Below are positions 17,002 to 27,251 of a DNA stretch of 64,000 nucleotides, in pieces. The translations under genes and the position numbers were made by a program. The stretch covers positions 544,001 to 608,000 of the forward strand of contig CAVVUN010000012.1 in NCBI GenBank assembly GCA_963751455.1. Reading direction: 5' to 3'. This DNA is from Nitrospirota bacterium (GTDB taxonomy: Bacteria; Nitrospirota; UBA9217). Below the pieces are notes generated by a model. The model saw only the letters and a program-made list of their open reading frames with translations, made no database searches and was not told the DNA's origin. Position 1 is the stretch's first letter. Every line of letters begins with the position of its first letter.

Positions 17002-18864
17002 ATGCTCCAGGTAACAAACATCGAAAAATCGTACGGCAAACAGTTGCTGTTCGACGGCGTCAGCTTTACGATAAACCCCCGGGAGCGTGTAGGGCTGGTC
17101 GGCCGGAACGGCTACGGCAAATCTACGCTCTTCCGGATGATCCTGGGCGAGGAGCACGCGGACTCGGGCACAATTACGCTGCCTTCCGGATATACAGTAG
17201 GCCATCTTTCACAGCATATTCATTTCACGGAGGAGAGCGTGCTGAAAGAGGCGTGCCTGGCCCTTCCGCCGCAGGAAGACCATCGTGATGAAACGTACAA
17301 GGCCGAGGCGATCCTGCATGGCCTCGGATTCACCAACGACGATTTCGATACGCCGCCTTCGTCGCTCTCGGGCGGCTACCAGGTGCGCTTGAATCTTGCC
17401 AAAGTGCTTGTATCGGAGCCGAACCTTCTGCTCCTTGACGAGCCAACCAACTATCTTGACATCGTTTCGGTACGCTGGATCACCCAGTTTCTGCGCGCAT
17501 GGCGAAACGAGCTGATCATCATCACGCATGACCGTGACTTCATGGACAGCGTGACGACCCATACGATGATCATTCATCGCTGCAAAATGCGGAAGATCGC
17601 GGGAGGCACTCAGAAGCTGTACGACCAGATATTGATGGAAGAGGAAATTTACGAAAAGACACGGCAAAACGACGAGAAGAAACGAAAGGAGATCGAGCAG
17701 TTCATCAATCGGTTTCGCGCCCAGGCGACAAAGGCCCGCGCCGTCCAGTCCCGGATCAAAGCGCTGGCGAAGCACGAAAACCTCGATAAGCTTGAGGAAA
17801 TCAAAACGCTTGATTTCAAGTTCCGGGCCTCGCCGTTCGAAGCCAAGTGGCTGATGACGGTTGAAGACCTTTCCTTTTCCTTCTCGCCTGACAGCCCGAC
17901 CCTGGTCGAAGGACTTTCTTTCGCGGTGGGGAAAAAGGACCGCATAGCGGTGATCGGGAAGAACGGGAAGGGCAAAACGACGCTGCTGAACCTGCTTGCA
18001 AAAGAACTTTCTGCTACGAGCGGAGACATAAAGGTACACGCAAATACAAAAATCGGCTACTTCGGCCAAACTAACATAAACCGCTTGCGGCCGGACAAAA
18101 CCGCGCTCCAGGAAATCATGGACACCCACCCTGACAACAGCCAGGGTGAGTCACGTGCAATATGCGGGCTGATGATGTTCGAGGGCGACAATGCGCTCAA
18201 GAAAGTGAGCGTGCTGTCCGGCGGGGAAAAGAGCCGGGTATTGCTGGGCAAACTCCTGGTCTCGCCCTCAAACCTGCTCCTGCTGGATGAGCCCACGAAC
18301 CATCTGGACATGGAATCGATTGATTCTCTGATCGAAGCGATGGACGCCTTTCAGGGGGCGGTCATCATCGTTACCCACAGCGAGCTGATCCTCGAGGCCG
18401 TGGCCACGAAATTGATTGTCTACGACAATGACACGGTCTCCGTATTCGAAGGCACATATCTCGATTTCCTGGAACGTGTCGGATGGAGCGACGAGGGCGG
18501 CGTCATACGAAAAGGAAAAAAGCGGGAGGCGGAAAAAAGCATCAACCGGAAAGATGTGAAGAAACTGAGGACCGGGATCGTCTCGGAAAAATCGAAGGTA
18601 CTCGGTGCGCTGAAAAAAAGAATGGACGAGCTGGAGGCAGAGATCATGAAGTTGGAGCTCGATATGGAGCGGGACAATCAGGCGCTCCTCGATGCGTCGA
18701 TGACGGGCAAAGCACTGGACATCAAGCGGTTGTCCCAGGCCCTGCGCGACGCAAAAGCACTGACCGAACACCTGTTTGCTGAACTGGAAACTGTGACGAA
18801 CAGGCACGACGCAAAAGCCAGGGAGTTCGATCAGCAGCTGAGCGAACTTGCGGAAATTTCATAA
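17002..18864 (+). CDS. ABC-F family ATP-binding protein
   Basis: Two ABC domains (GRNGYGKS, LSGG, LLLDEPTN; GKNGKGKT, LSGGE, LLLDEPTNHLD), interdomain linker, C-terminal coiled coil, no TM segments. Confidence 0.95.
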   Translation: MLQVTNIEKSYGKQLLFDGVSFTINPRERVGLVGRNGYGKSTLFRMILGEEHADSGTITLPSGYTVGHLSQHIHFTEESVLKEACLALPPQEDHRDETYKAEAILHGLGFTNDDFDTPPSSLSGGYQVRLNLAKVLVSEPNLLLLDEPTNYLDIVSVRWITQFLRAWRNELIIITHDRDFMDSVTTHTMIIHRCKMRKIAGGTQKLYDQILMEEEIYEKTRQNDEKKRKEIEQFINRFRAQATKARAVQSRIKALAKHENLDKLEEIKTLDFKFRASPFEAKWLMTVEDLSFSFSPDSPTLVEGLSFAVGKKDRIAVIGKNGKGKTTLLNLLAKELSATSGDIKVHANTKIGYFGQTNINRLRPDKTALQEIMDTHPDNSQGESRAICGLMMFEGDNALKKVSVLSGGEKSRVLLGKLLVSPSNLLLLDEPTNHLDMESIDSLIEAMDAFQGAVIIVTHSELILEAVATKLIVYDNDTVSVFEGTYLDFLERVGWSDEGGVIRKGKKREAEKSINRKDVKKLRTGIVSEKSKVLGALKKRMDELEAEIMKLELDMERDNQALLDASMTGKALDIKRLSQALRDAKALTEHLFAELETVTNRHDAKAREFDQQLSELAEIS

Positions 18865-18908
18865 AAATCATAATATATGAAAATGGATTAATAAGTGTCC
18901 TTGAATTA

Positions 18909-19070
18909 GCCGGATTTCGCGGATTAAACAGATTTGATTCTTAAGTTCTTTCTTTATGAAAAGATCATCCTTTGCGGCTTCACCGTAAATTCTATTATTC
19001 AAAGCTTTTCTCCAAACTGAATCCTTTATTCATGCTTTTTTAAGCTGCGCAAATCTGCGAAATCTGCGGA
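18909..19070. repeat. Periodic-arm imperfect palindrome (GCAGAT/ATCTGC type)
   Basis: GCCGGATTTCGCGGATTAAACAGATT…AAATCTGCGAAATCTGCGGAC. Confidence 0.6.
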
Positions 19071-19085
19071 CAAAAAGGTAGGGCC

Positions 19086-21062
19086 ATGACTTCCTGGAAC
19101 CGCTTCATATGGCAGCTTAAAAAGGACCTGAAGCAGTGGCTTTTTTTCATGGCGCTGCTCTCGTTCATGAGACTCGTTCTGATAGTCGTGTTCCACGGCA
19201 AGATCGGGGCAACAACTCCCTGGGCTGACATACCCAAGACGTTCCTGAACGGCCTGCGCTACGACGTCATGGTCGCGACGTATATTGCGCTCATCCCGCT
19301 TCTGATGAGCGTACTTTGCGGCTTTGTCGATATCCGTAAAGCGGCTGAGCCCGTACGTGCCCTGTTCGGACGGCTCTTTATAGTCCTGTCCGTTGTCCTC
19401 TCGGTTGTCACCATAGGTTATTTCAAGGAATACAACGACCAGTTCAATCATTGGATCTTCAATCTGTTCTACGACGACACCAGAGCAATTTTTTCCACGA
19501 TCTGGGCGGAATACCACCCGGTTCCCGGCCTGATCGCTGCAGGCCTCGTATCATTCGTTCTTTTGAAATTGTACGGCTTCCATATGAAGAGCGCGTGGCT
19601 GAGCGCCGATGCAGCCGACCGGCGGTGGCCGCCCCTTCTCCTTCGTATTCTGTACGGTATTATCCTTGCCTCCCTCGTGACCATTGGCCTTCGCGGATCA
19701 TATGGACACCGTCCGTTAAAACTCGAGGATGCCGCAGTTACGAGAGATGATTTTTTAAACAAGGCTGTCCTCAATCCGTACAGAGCTCTCACTTCCGCAT
19801 ACGCGGCACATACGAAAATCTTGAGCCTGTCCAACGGACTTGAAGCGTATCTTCCTGATGGCGACGTTCGCCGGGCTGCCCGAGAACTATTGAGCAAACA
19901 TGAATCGTTCTCATACCTCGATGAGTATTTAAAAAGAACCGCGCCTGGACATAGGAACAAACAGCCTTCCCATATTTTTCTCGTTGTAATGGAGAGTTAT
20001 GATGCCTGGCCTCTTTTGAAAAAATACTCTTCTCTCGGTTTGACGCATGAGCTGTCGTCACTTGCCGGAAAAGGTATCCATATCGCTCATTTTCTGCCTG
20101 CCTCGGACGGGACCGCTACCTCCCTGTCTGCTCTAATTACCGGACTTCCTGACGTAAACGTCGTAACCAATTACCAAAAAATGTCTCAGAAAGCCTATCC
20201 CTCGTCGCTTGCGGAATCCTTCAAACGGCTCGGTTACCGTACAAGATTCTTCTACGGCGGATATCTCAGCTGGCAGAAAGTGGGTGACTTCGTAAAAGCG
20301 CAGGGGTTCGAAGAGATTTACGGGGCAGCGCATATCGGGACGTGGGCGTCGCATAACGAATGGGGGGTTGAAGACGAGGCGCTTTTCGATTTCATCGTGA
20401 GGAGCGTAAATTCCTCAGCTGCTCAGCCAAGCCTGAACGTCGTCGTGACGACCAGCTATCATCCTCCCTACGAATTGGACGTGTATGGAAAGGGTTTTCC
20501 GGTGAAGACGGTCCCTGATGATCTTGCCTCGCAGTTTGACAATTCAGTAACATTAAAGGTGCTTGGACATTTATGGTATGCGGACCGCTGTATCGGCGAT
20601 TTTGTCCGGGCTGCAGAAAACAAGCTCGGCTCTGCCCTCTTTGTATTTACCGGAGATCATTACGGAAGAAAGTTTCTCAATACCCATCCCGATTTTTTCG
20701 AAGGATCGGCAGTTCCTTTTGTGCTCTACGGGAAGGACGTACTGCGTGGTGTAAACGTGCCAACGAATGCCGCAGGGAGCCATATCGACATTGCATCCAC
20801 CCTGATCGAAATGGCCGCGCCGAAAGGGTTCACGTATTATTCGCTCGGCAGCAGCATGTTCACTCCCGGCGTCCGGATCGGCATCGGACGTGATAAAGTG
20901 ATCTCTTCTGATTATCTTTTCGATGTAGCCGCTATGAAATTTTATTCTCTTCCGGACAGACCCCTTCCGAAGAACCTGCCTGACCCGGAACAGCTCAAAC
21001 TCCTGCACGACCGCCTGAGCGGCATCGCCTGGTGGCGCATTATGAAAGGTGGAAAACTGTAG
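19086..21062 (+). CDS. LTA synthase family / sulfatase-fold membrane protein
   Basis: About five N-terminal TM helices (GLRYD, IGLRG), then VVMES, catalytic-Thr region DGTATS, TTSYHPPY, WYAD, FTGDH, GSHIDIASTL. Confidence 0.92.
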   Translation: MTSWNRFIWQLKKDLKQWLFFMALLSFMRLVLIVVFHGKIGATTPWADIPKTFLNGLRYDVMVATYIALIPLLMSVLCGFVDIRKAAEPVRALFGRLFIVLSVVLSVVTIGYFKEYNDQFNHWIFNLFYDDTRAIFSTIWAEYHPVPGLIAAGLVSFVLLKLYGFHMKSAWLSADAADRRWPPLLLRILYGIILASLVTIGLRGSYGHRPLKLEDAAVTRDDFLNKAVLNPYRALTSAYAAHTKILSLSNGLEAYLPDGDVRRAARELLSKHESFSYLDEYLKRTAPGHRNKQPSHIFLVVMESYDAWPLLKKYSSLGLTHELSSLAGKGIHIAHFLPASDGTATSLSALITGLPDVNVVTNYQKMSQKAYPSSLAESFKRLGYRTRFFYGGYLSWQKVGDFVKAQGFEEIYGAAHIGTWASHNEWGVEDEALFDFIVRSVNSSAAQPSLNVVVTTSYHPPYELDVYGKGFPVKTVPDDLASQFDNSVTLKVLGHLWYADRCIGDFVRAAENKLGSALFVFTGDHYGRKFLNTHPDFFEGSAVPFVLYGKDVLRGVNVPTNAAGSHIDIASTLIEMAAPKGFTYYSLGSSMFTPGVRIGIGRDKVISSDYLFDVAAMKFYSLPDRPLPKNLPDPEQLKLLHDRLSGIAWWRIMKGGKL

Positions 21063-21155
21063 CACTGCTCAGAAAAAACCACTCGATAGAATAGCCGACT
21101 GTCGGCCCTGCTTACGAATAAACCTAATACATTATCCTGCTATGCAATAAATTTT

Positions 21156-21323
21156 GTAACTATTCAGCTTCTTTTCAGAACAGCATTAAGACAAATCTAA
21201 GAAAAAGCCCTTTTATCCGCAGATTTCGCAGATTGACGCAGATTCTAAAACCGGAATTCTGGTTTTGTTTTTATCTGCGAAATCTGCGTAATCTGCGGAT
21301 AAAAAAATGACCTGAGTAGTTAC
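21156..21323. mobile_element. MITE family A (GTAACTATTCAG…CTGAGTAGTTAC)
   Basis: Terminal inverted repeats, internal (GCAGAT)x3/(ATCTGC)x3 hairpin, flanking TAAATTTT duplicated; near-identical to 34626-34783. Confidence 0.85.
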
Positions 21324-21448
21324 TTAAATTTTGATATACGACCCTGTACGCCATTGCTTCTTAATTTGAAACAGACGAATTCTTTTACATACCGGACCCC
21401 CGCCAAAATCAAGCTCAATTTCCTCTTTTAATTCAATTCACTAAAGCC

Positions 21449-21464
21449 TGGTATTTATCTTGCT
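21449..21464 (+). promoter_or_regulatory. Candidate sigma54 promoter
   Basis: TGGTAT-TTATC-TTGCT with correct -24 GG / -12 GC spacing, about 50 bp before the 76-aa gene. Confidence 0.45.
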
Positions 21465-21515
21465 CTTTCTGAAACAGATTTACCTTTTTCTTGAGTATTT
21501 CAGCAGGAATTAGAA

Positions 21516-21746
21516 ATGAAGATTTTGATCAAGGTCCTGCAGTGGTTCAGTTTCGCATGGTTCATTTTTGCCGGCATGCTGATGCTTGGGGGTATGATCG
21601 GCATATGGCTGCAGGACGGTTTTATAGGAATGCTGAAGATGTACGGCCCGTTTGACCTCGCCAATTCCGTAATTATTGCGCTAACGTTTGCGCCTGCTGT
21701 CGGTGCGATTAAGTGGGCTGATAAACTGCGGGCCCAGAGCAAATAA
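21516..21746 (+). CDS. Small membrane hypothetical protein (76 aa, 2 TM)
   Basis: AGGA RBS, two hydrophobic helices, basic C-terminus. Confidence 0.7.
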   Translation: MKILIKVLQWFSFAWFIFAGMLMLGGMIGIWLQDGFIGMLKMYGPFDLANSVIIALTFAPAVGAIKWADKLRAQSK

Positions 21747-22104
21747 CAGAAGCAACCTCGGCAAACCTTGTTTTAGGATGGCACAGACTGTTTTAGAACA
21801 GGGCAGATCCGCCATGGACTCCCGGGTCGTAATCACCCGCCTTTTCTAGTTGACTTTTCCGCTCACTATCTTTAATCTTGTTACACATTCGAACTTGTAT
21901 TTCACACTCCATTCCCTCATCACGAATTTCCTATGAAATCAGGTTTACATATGGATTATTTTCAATTATCCGGCTTCCGCCGTCTTTTGAATATTTAATC
22001 GTTTCTCAGCTTGCGGCACAAGTTCGATTTCGTTATCTCGGGGAGAAGGTCAAACATGCAATGCAGACCTGCCTCGGGGGGTTTCTAACCCGGGGCGCAG
22101 TGCT

Positions 22105-25100
22105 ATGAAACAAGCTATTTTCATTTTTATACTGTTTTGTTGCATATTCCCATCGCAGCTTCGAGCTGAAGAGCCCGAGAAAGCAGGCACCCCCGCACCA
22201 AAACAACCATCAGCAGGATCGCCGGTTGTAGTGGAAATACCGAGAACGCAGTGGTGTCAATGCGTGCGCGCTCTATTACAGGTCGAAGGAGGCGACATAG
22301 CCGGCTGTGTCAAGAGCGGCGCCTCTGAAGAGAAATTAAAGATGTTCCGGCAGCGGGGGGCCGGGGACGAGAAGGCCACCTCGGTGCAATTTCTTTTGTC
22401 TGTTGCAGGCTGCGTGGAGAAGGAAAATGAGAACGTAGGGTCTGTCTCATTCGACTTACAATGGCTTGAGCAGTCGACCGGTTCGCTGCCGCCGGCACCC
22501 CCAGCCGGGAAGAAAGAGCAATCATATTCGCCGATAACCTGCGAAAACGGCGGGATAAACAGTATCGAAGCCACGTTCTACCGTTGGTCCAAGGAAAAAC
22601 TGGCAGCGGCACGCCCCTGGAATTGCTCCAATGCTGTGAACACGCTCAATAGCATTCCTGCAGCTGCAAATATCCGGCTTATCATAACAGGCAAAAATGC
22701 TTCCGGAGCTGTACTCTACCGGGCGGAACAGACCGGTGTAACGATTACCTATCGTGAAATAACGGCTCTCGGGACCCTCAAGGCCCTTCCTTTTATTCCG
22801 GCGCTTTCAGCGCCTGACAATGCGGCGCTGCTCGGGAGCGGACGGGTCAGTTTTGCCTGGAGCGCGCCCGGCGCCTTGTCGTATCAGATACAGGTTTCCG
22901 AAAATGCAAATTTCAACCCGGTAACCATAGATACTCACTCTTCAATCGCGTCATATGAAACGGGAACACCTCTGAAGTCGGGCGTATATTTTTGGCGGGT
23001 AAAGGCACGGGACGGCTTTGAAAACATCAGTGAATGGTCCGCGCCTTCGACAATGACGATCGACGCAGAACCACCGACCAATACAACGGGAAAAGAATTT
23101 ATCAATAAAGGAGCGCAGGCGACGAATTCGAGAGCTGTGGTGCTTGCCATATCGGCTGTAAAAAAGAACGGCATTACCGGCATTACCGGATACTATATTT
23201 CTGAACAGTCGAAAAAACCGCAAACAGGCAAGGCCGGTTGGGTCGCGATACCGTCGACCCCGTCATATTCTGGCGACATTCCGTTCACGCTCAGCAAAGG
23301 CGATGGGAAAAAGACGATACACGTATGGTTCAGGGACGCAGTGGGGCATGTCTCTGAAGGGAAAAGTGATTCCATTGTTTTCGATACCAAGCTGCCCCGG
23401 GTCACGATCACGAGTCATCCTTCACTTACGACAAACTCGACATCTGCGGATTTCCACTTTACGTCCAGTAAGGCCAAATCAAAGTTTGAATGTCAGATCG
23501 ATCAAGGCGCCTACTCCGCGTGCACTAGTCCGAAGACCTACGAGGAACTTCTTGAAGGACCGCACAGCTTTGCCGTCAAGGCAACGGACGCGGCCGGCAA
23601 CACCGACCCGACCCCTGCAACGTTCGCCTGGACAATAGATATAACGCCGCCTGATACGGCCATTACCAATCAACCGCCTCTTTCGACGAATGCAACGTCA
23701 GCGACTCTGGCTTTTTCCTCTACTGAGGCAGGTTCAACTTTCGAATGCCAGCTCGACGGAAAAGGGTATCGGGCATGCGCAGGCCCGCAGAAATTTGAGA
23801 AGCTCGCAACAGGTTCGCATACCTTTACTGTAAGAGCGACGGATGCCGTGGGGAATGTCGATCCCGTTCCTGCAAGTTACACCTGGACCGTTATAACCGT
23901 CTTCAAGACGAGTATTACAAACTACCCCTCTAACCCTTCAGATGAGGAAAACGCCATTTTCAGTTTTATTGCCAACCGGCCCGGAGCGGAATTCGAGTGC
24001 CAACTCGATAACAACGTCTATTCCGCGTGTACATCGCCGATAACCTATTCCGGCCTTGCCGAGAAAAGCCACACGTTCGCTGTCAAGGCGATAGATGCTG
24101 CCGGTGAAGAGAGCGAGCCCGCCGATTACTCATGGTTGATCAGCATTACTCAAGTGGATATTTCAAAGGCCCTCGAGGAATTACCGTTTGCCTTGTCCCC
24201 GGCGCTGGCAATGATCGGCGTAACGCCTGCGATCGTACCGCCTGCGCCTTCGCGCAGACTTGTGACATCATTTATGCAATCGGTAGATATGAATGCGAAT
24301 CCCGAGACTGCAATCGCGGTTGATGTAGTGCCGTACCTCTGGTACGTTAAAGAACCTTCTCTTCAACACTATCGGGAAGACAAACGGGAACAGGCGCTCT
24401 CACGGATACTTGTTTCAATCGCTCTTTCAAACACTTCAACTGACAACGATACTGCAAGCCGCATCGGGACGGCAATTCGCTGGACTATCTGGGATGAAAG
24501 CGACCCGCGCCTGGACGAAGACCTTGTAGCCTGTCTTGAGGAAACTGAAACGTATGGCGAGGCGCAGAATTTTGATTCACAGTGGCCGCGTGAGGCGGGA
24601 GAAACGATTTTTTCTCCGGATTATTTATACGAATCCATCGCGAAACAATGCGGCAAAGAAAGCTATAAAAGAAACTGGAACAGATCCGCAATGGCAGTCG
24701 GGCTGGCCCGCGCCTGGATTTATAAAAATGGAAACGGAGACGGCTTTACATCGGATGGGATCGGCCTCTGGACGTCATTGTCTTACGGCTTCGACAGATT
24801 TTTAACTTTACGCGATCGCTCACAAATCATACTTCATGCGCGCTACCGCACGCATGAGTCGGTGCCGGACGCGGGCAGGCACCCGCAGTATACTGATCAC
24901 AATACCTTGTCTCTTGGAGCCAGATACCGGTGGTCCGCCGATCCGCGCAGCACCCTGTTCCTTCAAGAGCTGCTCGTAGAAAAAAAACCCGAGGGACGTG
25001 ACCGCGACCGGTTATACATATTTTCCATCGGAGCCGAAGTAAGAAGCAACGACAATTTATGGGGGGAAGTTGAAATCGGATTGATCAGCGGGTACAACAA

Positions 25101-25170
25101 CGATCGCGTACCGGGGTTCTTGACGGCGCAGATAAAAGTGGCGTTCCCCGAAGGGAAAACAAAGAAATGA
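22105..25170 (+). CDS. Exported Ig-like repeat protein with C-terminal outer-membrane barrel-like domain (1021 aa)
   Basis: Signal peptide; FN3-like YFWRVKA unit; GDGKKTIHVWFRDAVG unit; three F-x-C-x-x-D…AC…H-x-F-x-V-x-A-x-D repeats; C-terminal amphipathic strands. Confidence 0.85.
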   Translation: MKQAIFIFILFCCIFPSQLRAEEPEKAGTPAPKQPSAGSPVVVEIPRTQWCQCVRALLQVEGGDIAGCVKSGASEEKLKMFRQRGAGDEKATSVQFLLSVAGCVEKENENVGSVSFDLQWLEQSTGSLPPAPPAGKKEQSYSPITCENGGINSIEATFYRWSKEKLAAARPWNCSNAVNTLNSIPAAANIRLIITGKNASGAVLYRAEQTGVTITYREITALGTLKALPFIPALSAPDNAALLGSGRVSFAWSAPGALSYQIQVSENANFNPVTIDTHSSIASYETGTPLKSGVYFWRVKARDGFENISEWSAPSTMTIDAEPPTNTTGKEFINKGAQATNSRAVVLAISAVKKNGITGITGYYISEQSKKPQTGKAGWVAIPSTPSYSGDIPFTLSKGDGKKTIHVWFRDAVGHVSEGKSDSIVFDTKLPRVTITSHPSLTTNSTSADFHFTSSKAKSKFECQIDQGAYSACTSPKTYEELLEGPHSFAVKATDAAGNTDPTPATFAWTIDITPPDTAITNQPPLSTNATSATLAFSSTEAGSTFECQLDGKGYRACAGPQKFEKLATGSHTFTVRATDAVGNVDPVPASYTWTVITVFKTSITNYPSNPSDEENAIFSFIANRPGAEFECQLDNNVYSACTSPITYSGLAEKSHTFAVKAIDAAGEESEPADYSWLISITQVDISKALEELPFALSPALAMIGVTPAIVPPAPSRRLVTSFMQSVDMNANPETAIAVDVVPYLWYVKEPSLQHYREDKREQALSRILVSIALSNTSTDNDTASRIGTAIRWTIWDESDPRLDEDLVACLEETETYGEAQNFDSQWPREAGETIFSPDYLYESIAKQCGKESYKRNWNRSAMAVGLARAWIYKNGNGDGFTSDGIGLWTSLSYGFDRFLTLRDRSQIILHARYRTHESVPDAGRHPQYTDHNTLSLGARYRWSADPRSTLFLQELLVEKKPEGRDRDRLYIFSIGAEVRSNDNLWGEVEIGLISGYNNDRVPGFLTAQIKVAFPEGKTKK

Positions 25171-25312
25171 GGCATCCCTCCGTTTGACAGAACACTTTTC
25201 TTTCTCTCATTGTCATAATGATAATTACATGATGATGAAAGAAAGTTTGGGGCCGGGATAAAAGACTGCCCGGCCCCTGAAAAGTTCGCTTTTTTGACAT
25301 GCAACCAATCTT

Positions 25313-25445
25313 GATGCATTCGTAAGAAGTCAGAAAACACCCAATTTCGTCATACCGGCGAACGCTGGTATCCAGTCTTTTCAATAAGTTCGATAACCAC
25401 TGGACCCCGGTTTTCACCGGGGAGACGACTTTTTACGAGATCATC
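25313..25445. mobile_element. MITE family B with a perfect 6-bp target duplication
   Basis: GATGCATTCGTAAGAAGTC…GACTTTTTACGAGATCATC flanked by AATCTT on both sides; internal CGTCATACCGGCG…CCCCGGTTTTCACCGGGG hairpins. Confidence 0.85.
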
Positions 25446-25609
25446 AATCTTTCTATCTGCCTGAATGACTGCCACTGCAGCACAATCAATATAACCGGCC
25501 GGTTATTCCAATGCTGGTCTCCAGACTGCCAGGCGAGAGCAAAAATTCACCACGTTTGCGGCCCCATCAGCCCGTGACTATTTCTCGCTCTTACGCCCTT
25601 TTATTTCAG

Positions 25610-26512
25610 CTAGAACCGGCCTGCAAGAGTCAGATCATATGACCATTCGTCCGTAAAGCCGTCGTTGCTGTTGAGGAACCTGTCGTAACCCGCTTCGATG
25701 GAGAACCGCGGGGTGATGAAGAAGCGGGTATTCGCGCTGTACGACATGCCCTCGCTGCTCTCATCGTCACCAGAACTTTTTTCAATGCCGATGCCTGCGC
25801 TCAGCCTCCGGTTGAAATAATAATCAGCGGACACTTCAACATTCGTGTTTTTCAAAGTCTCTGTATCATCCTCAAACGCGCTCTGCCCCAGGCTTCCTTC
25901 AAGATTCAAATACCTGTTGCCTGCGAGCTGAGCGATATATTTTGTGAATAATGCATAGTCCGTGGTCTTGAAGTCCATGGGAAAAAAACCGGCAGACAAT
26001 TCTGTCTTCCTGTTCATGTACTCAATACCTGCAAGAAAGTTGTCCTTTAAATAGCCGCCCACGCTGACGCCGTAGCCGTTCGTTTTATACGTGGCATTGC
26101 TGGGCGCATCATAGTCCAATTTTGAGGTCGTGTATAAAACCTGGATGGCAAGCGGGAAGCCCGGGCGAGCTATATTAACTCCAGCCACGTAAGCCATGCC
26201 GTCCCCAGATGCAGTCGTTCCTTTTGCGTCCTGGAGCGCTGCCATCAGAAAACCGCTCCCGATGCGCTCGAGAAATGCCGCCTCTGCGTAGGGATGATTT
26301 GCGGTTTTTACCGGCGCGAAAAAAATTTCAGCAGCTAAAGCGGTGGTAGTGCCTTTGAAATCATCGCTGGCTTCGGACCGATTATACATGGCAGATACCT
26401 CAGCAATATATTGTTCCTTCTGGTTCTGTTCCTTGGCGTATGCCGTGAAAGCGACAAAAAGAAGCCCGGTGAACAAACATGATACAGCGATACTGACAAT
26501 TGCTTTTTTCAT
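25610..26512 (-). CDS. Putative outer-membrane porin / beta-barrel
   Basis: Signal peptide ending AYA, HPYAEAAFLER motif, alternating strands, terminal Phe (YDLTLAGRF); AAGGAG RBS. Confidence 0.85.
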   Translation of the reverse strand: MKKAIVSIAVSCLFTGLLFVAFTAYAKEQNQKEQYIAEVSAMYNRSEASDDFKGTTTALAAEIFFAPVKTANHPYAEAAFLERIGSGFLMAALQDAKGTTASGDGMAYVAGVNIARPGFPLAIQVLYTTSKLDYDAPSNATYKTNGYGVSVGGYLKDNFLAGIEYMNRKTELSAGFFPMDFKTTDYALFTKYIAQLAGNRYLNLEGSLGQSAFEDDTETLKNTNVEVSADYYFNRRLSAGIGIEKSSGDDESSEGMSYSANTRFFITPRFSIEAGYDRFLNSNDGFTDEWSYDLTLAGRF

Positions 26513-27251
26513 AATTTCTCCTTTTTCTTGTCATCGATTGAACTCTTGAAATTCTTTTTATATCGAATCGTCAATCTGCATGATTACTGCCCGGATATCC
26601 GGTCCTTTGCACGCAGCCGTGAAGTTACCGTTACAATAGGACGAGCAAGAATGGATACTTCCCATGTCACCTGGTCTCCGCGATATATTCTTTTGCGCAT
26701 AACCTGTCAGCCTGCTTGCAGCTTGTTCTTAATTGTTTATAAAGTGTGAAACTTTGTTATTTGAATAGGTATCAAACTATGGTTGTATTGTCAAATAAAA
26801 AGCAAAATTAATCACTTTTTCTCAAAAAATTGCACAAAATATTGCATCTCTTTTTGAAAAAGCGTTGAGTTATGGCGAATAGGGTATGCAAAAAGGAATT
26901 GTTATAGCGCGAGTATGTTCGTTTCCGAATACTATTTCTCAGTGGGGTAGCGGACAAAGCGGAGGAAGCTGAAACACAGAAGTGATTTGAAGCCGCTGCT
27001 TCATCGCAGCTTCTATGACGCACCGCACAATGCGGAGCACTTATGTTTCGCCTTTTTTACGCAAAACCGCCTTCTTGAACAACCGGAGTACTCCCCTATA
27101 TCCTTCCAAGAGAAAATTCCTAAAATCCTCCTTCCAAGTCATTCAACCGCGTAACTGTGATAAGGATCACATTTCTAAACCAGCGCACCCCGTAGTATAG
27201 CACTTTGGTTCCATTTACATATGCTGAAAATCCAATCTTAAAACGGTATCA

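Noticed and set aside
26808-27200. Possible sRNA or small ORFs between the porin and PAP2 genes
   Set aside because: No recognisable RNA motif, tRNA fold or convincing RBS/ORF by eye.
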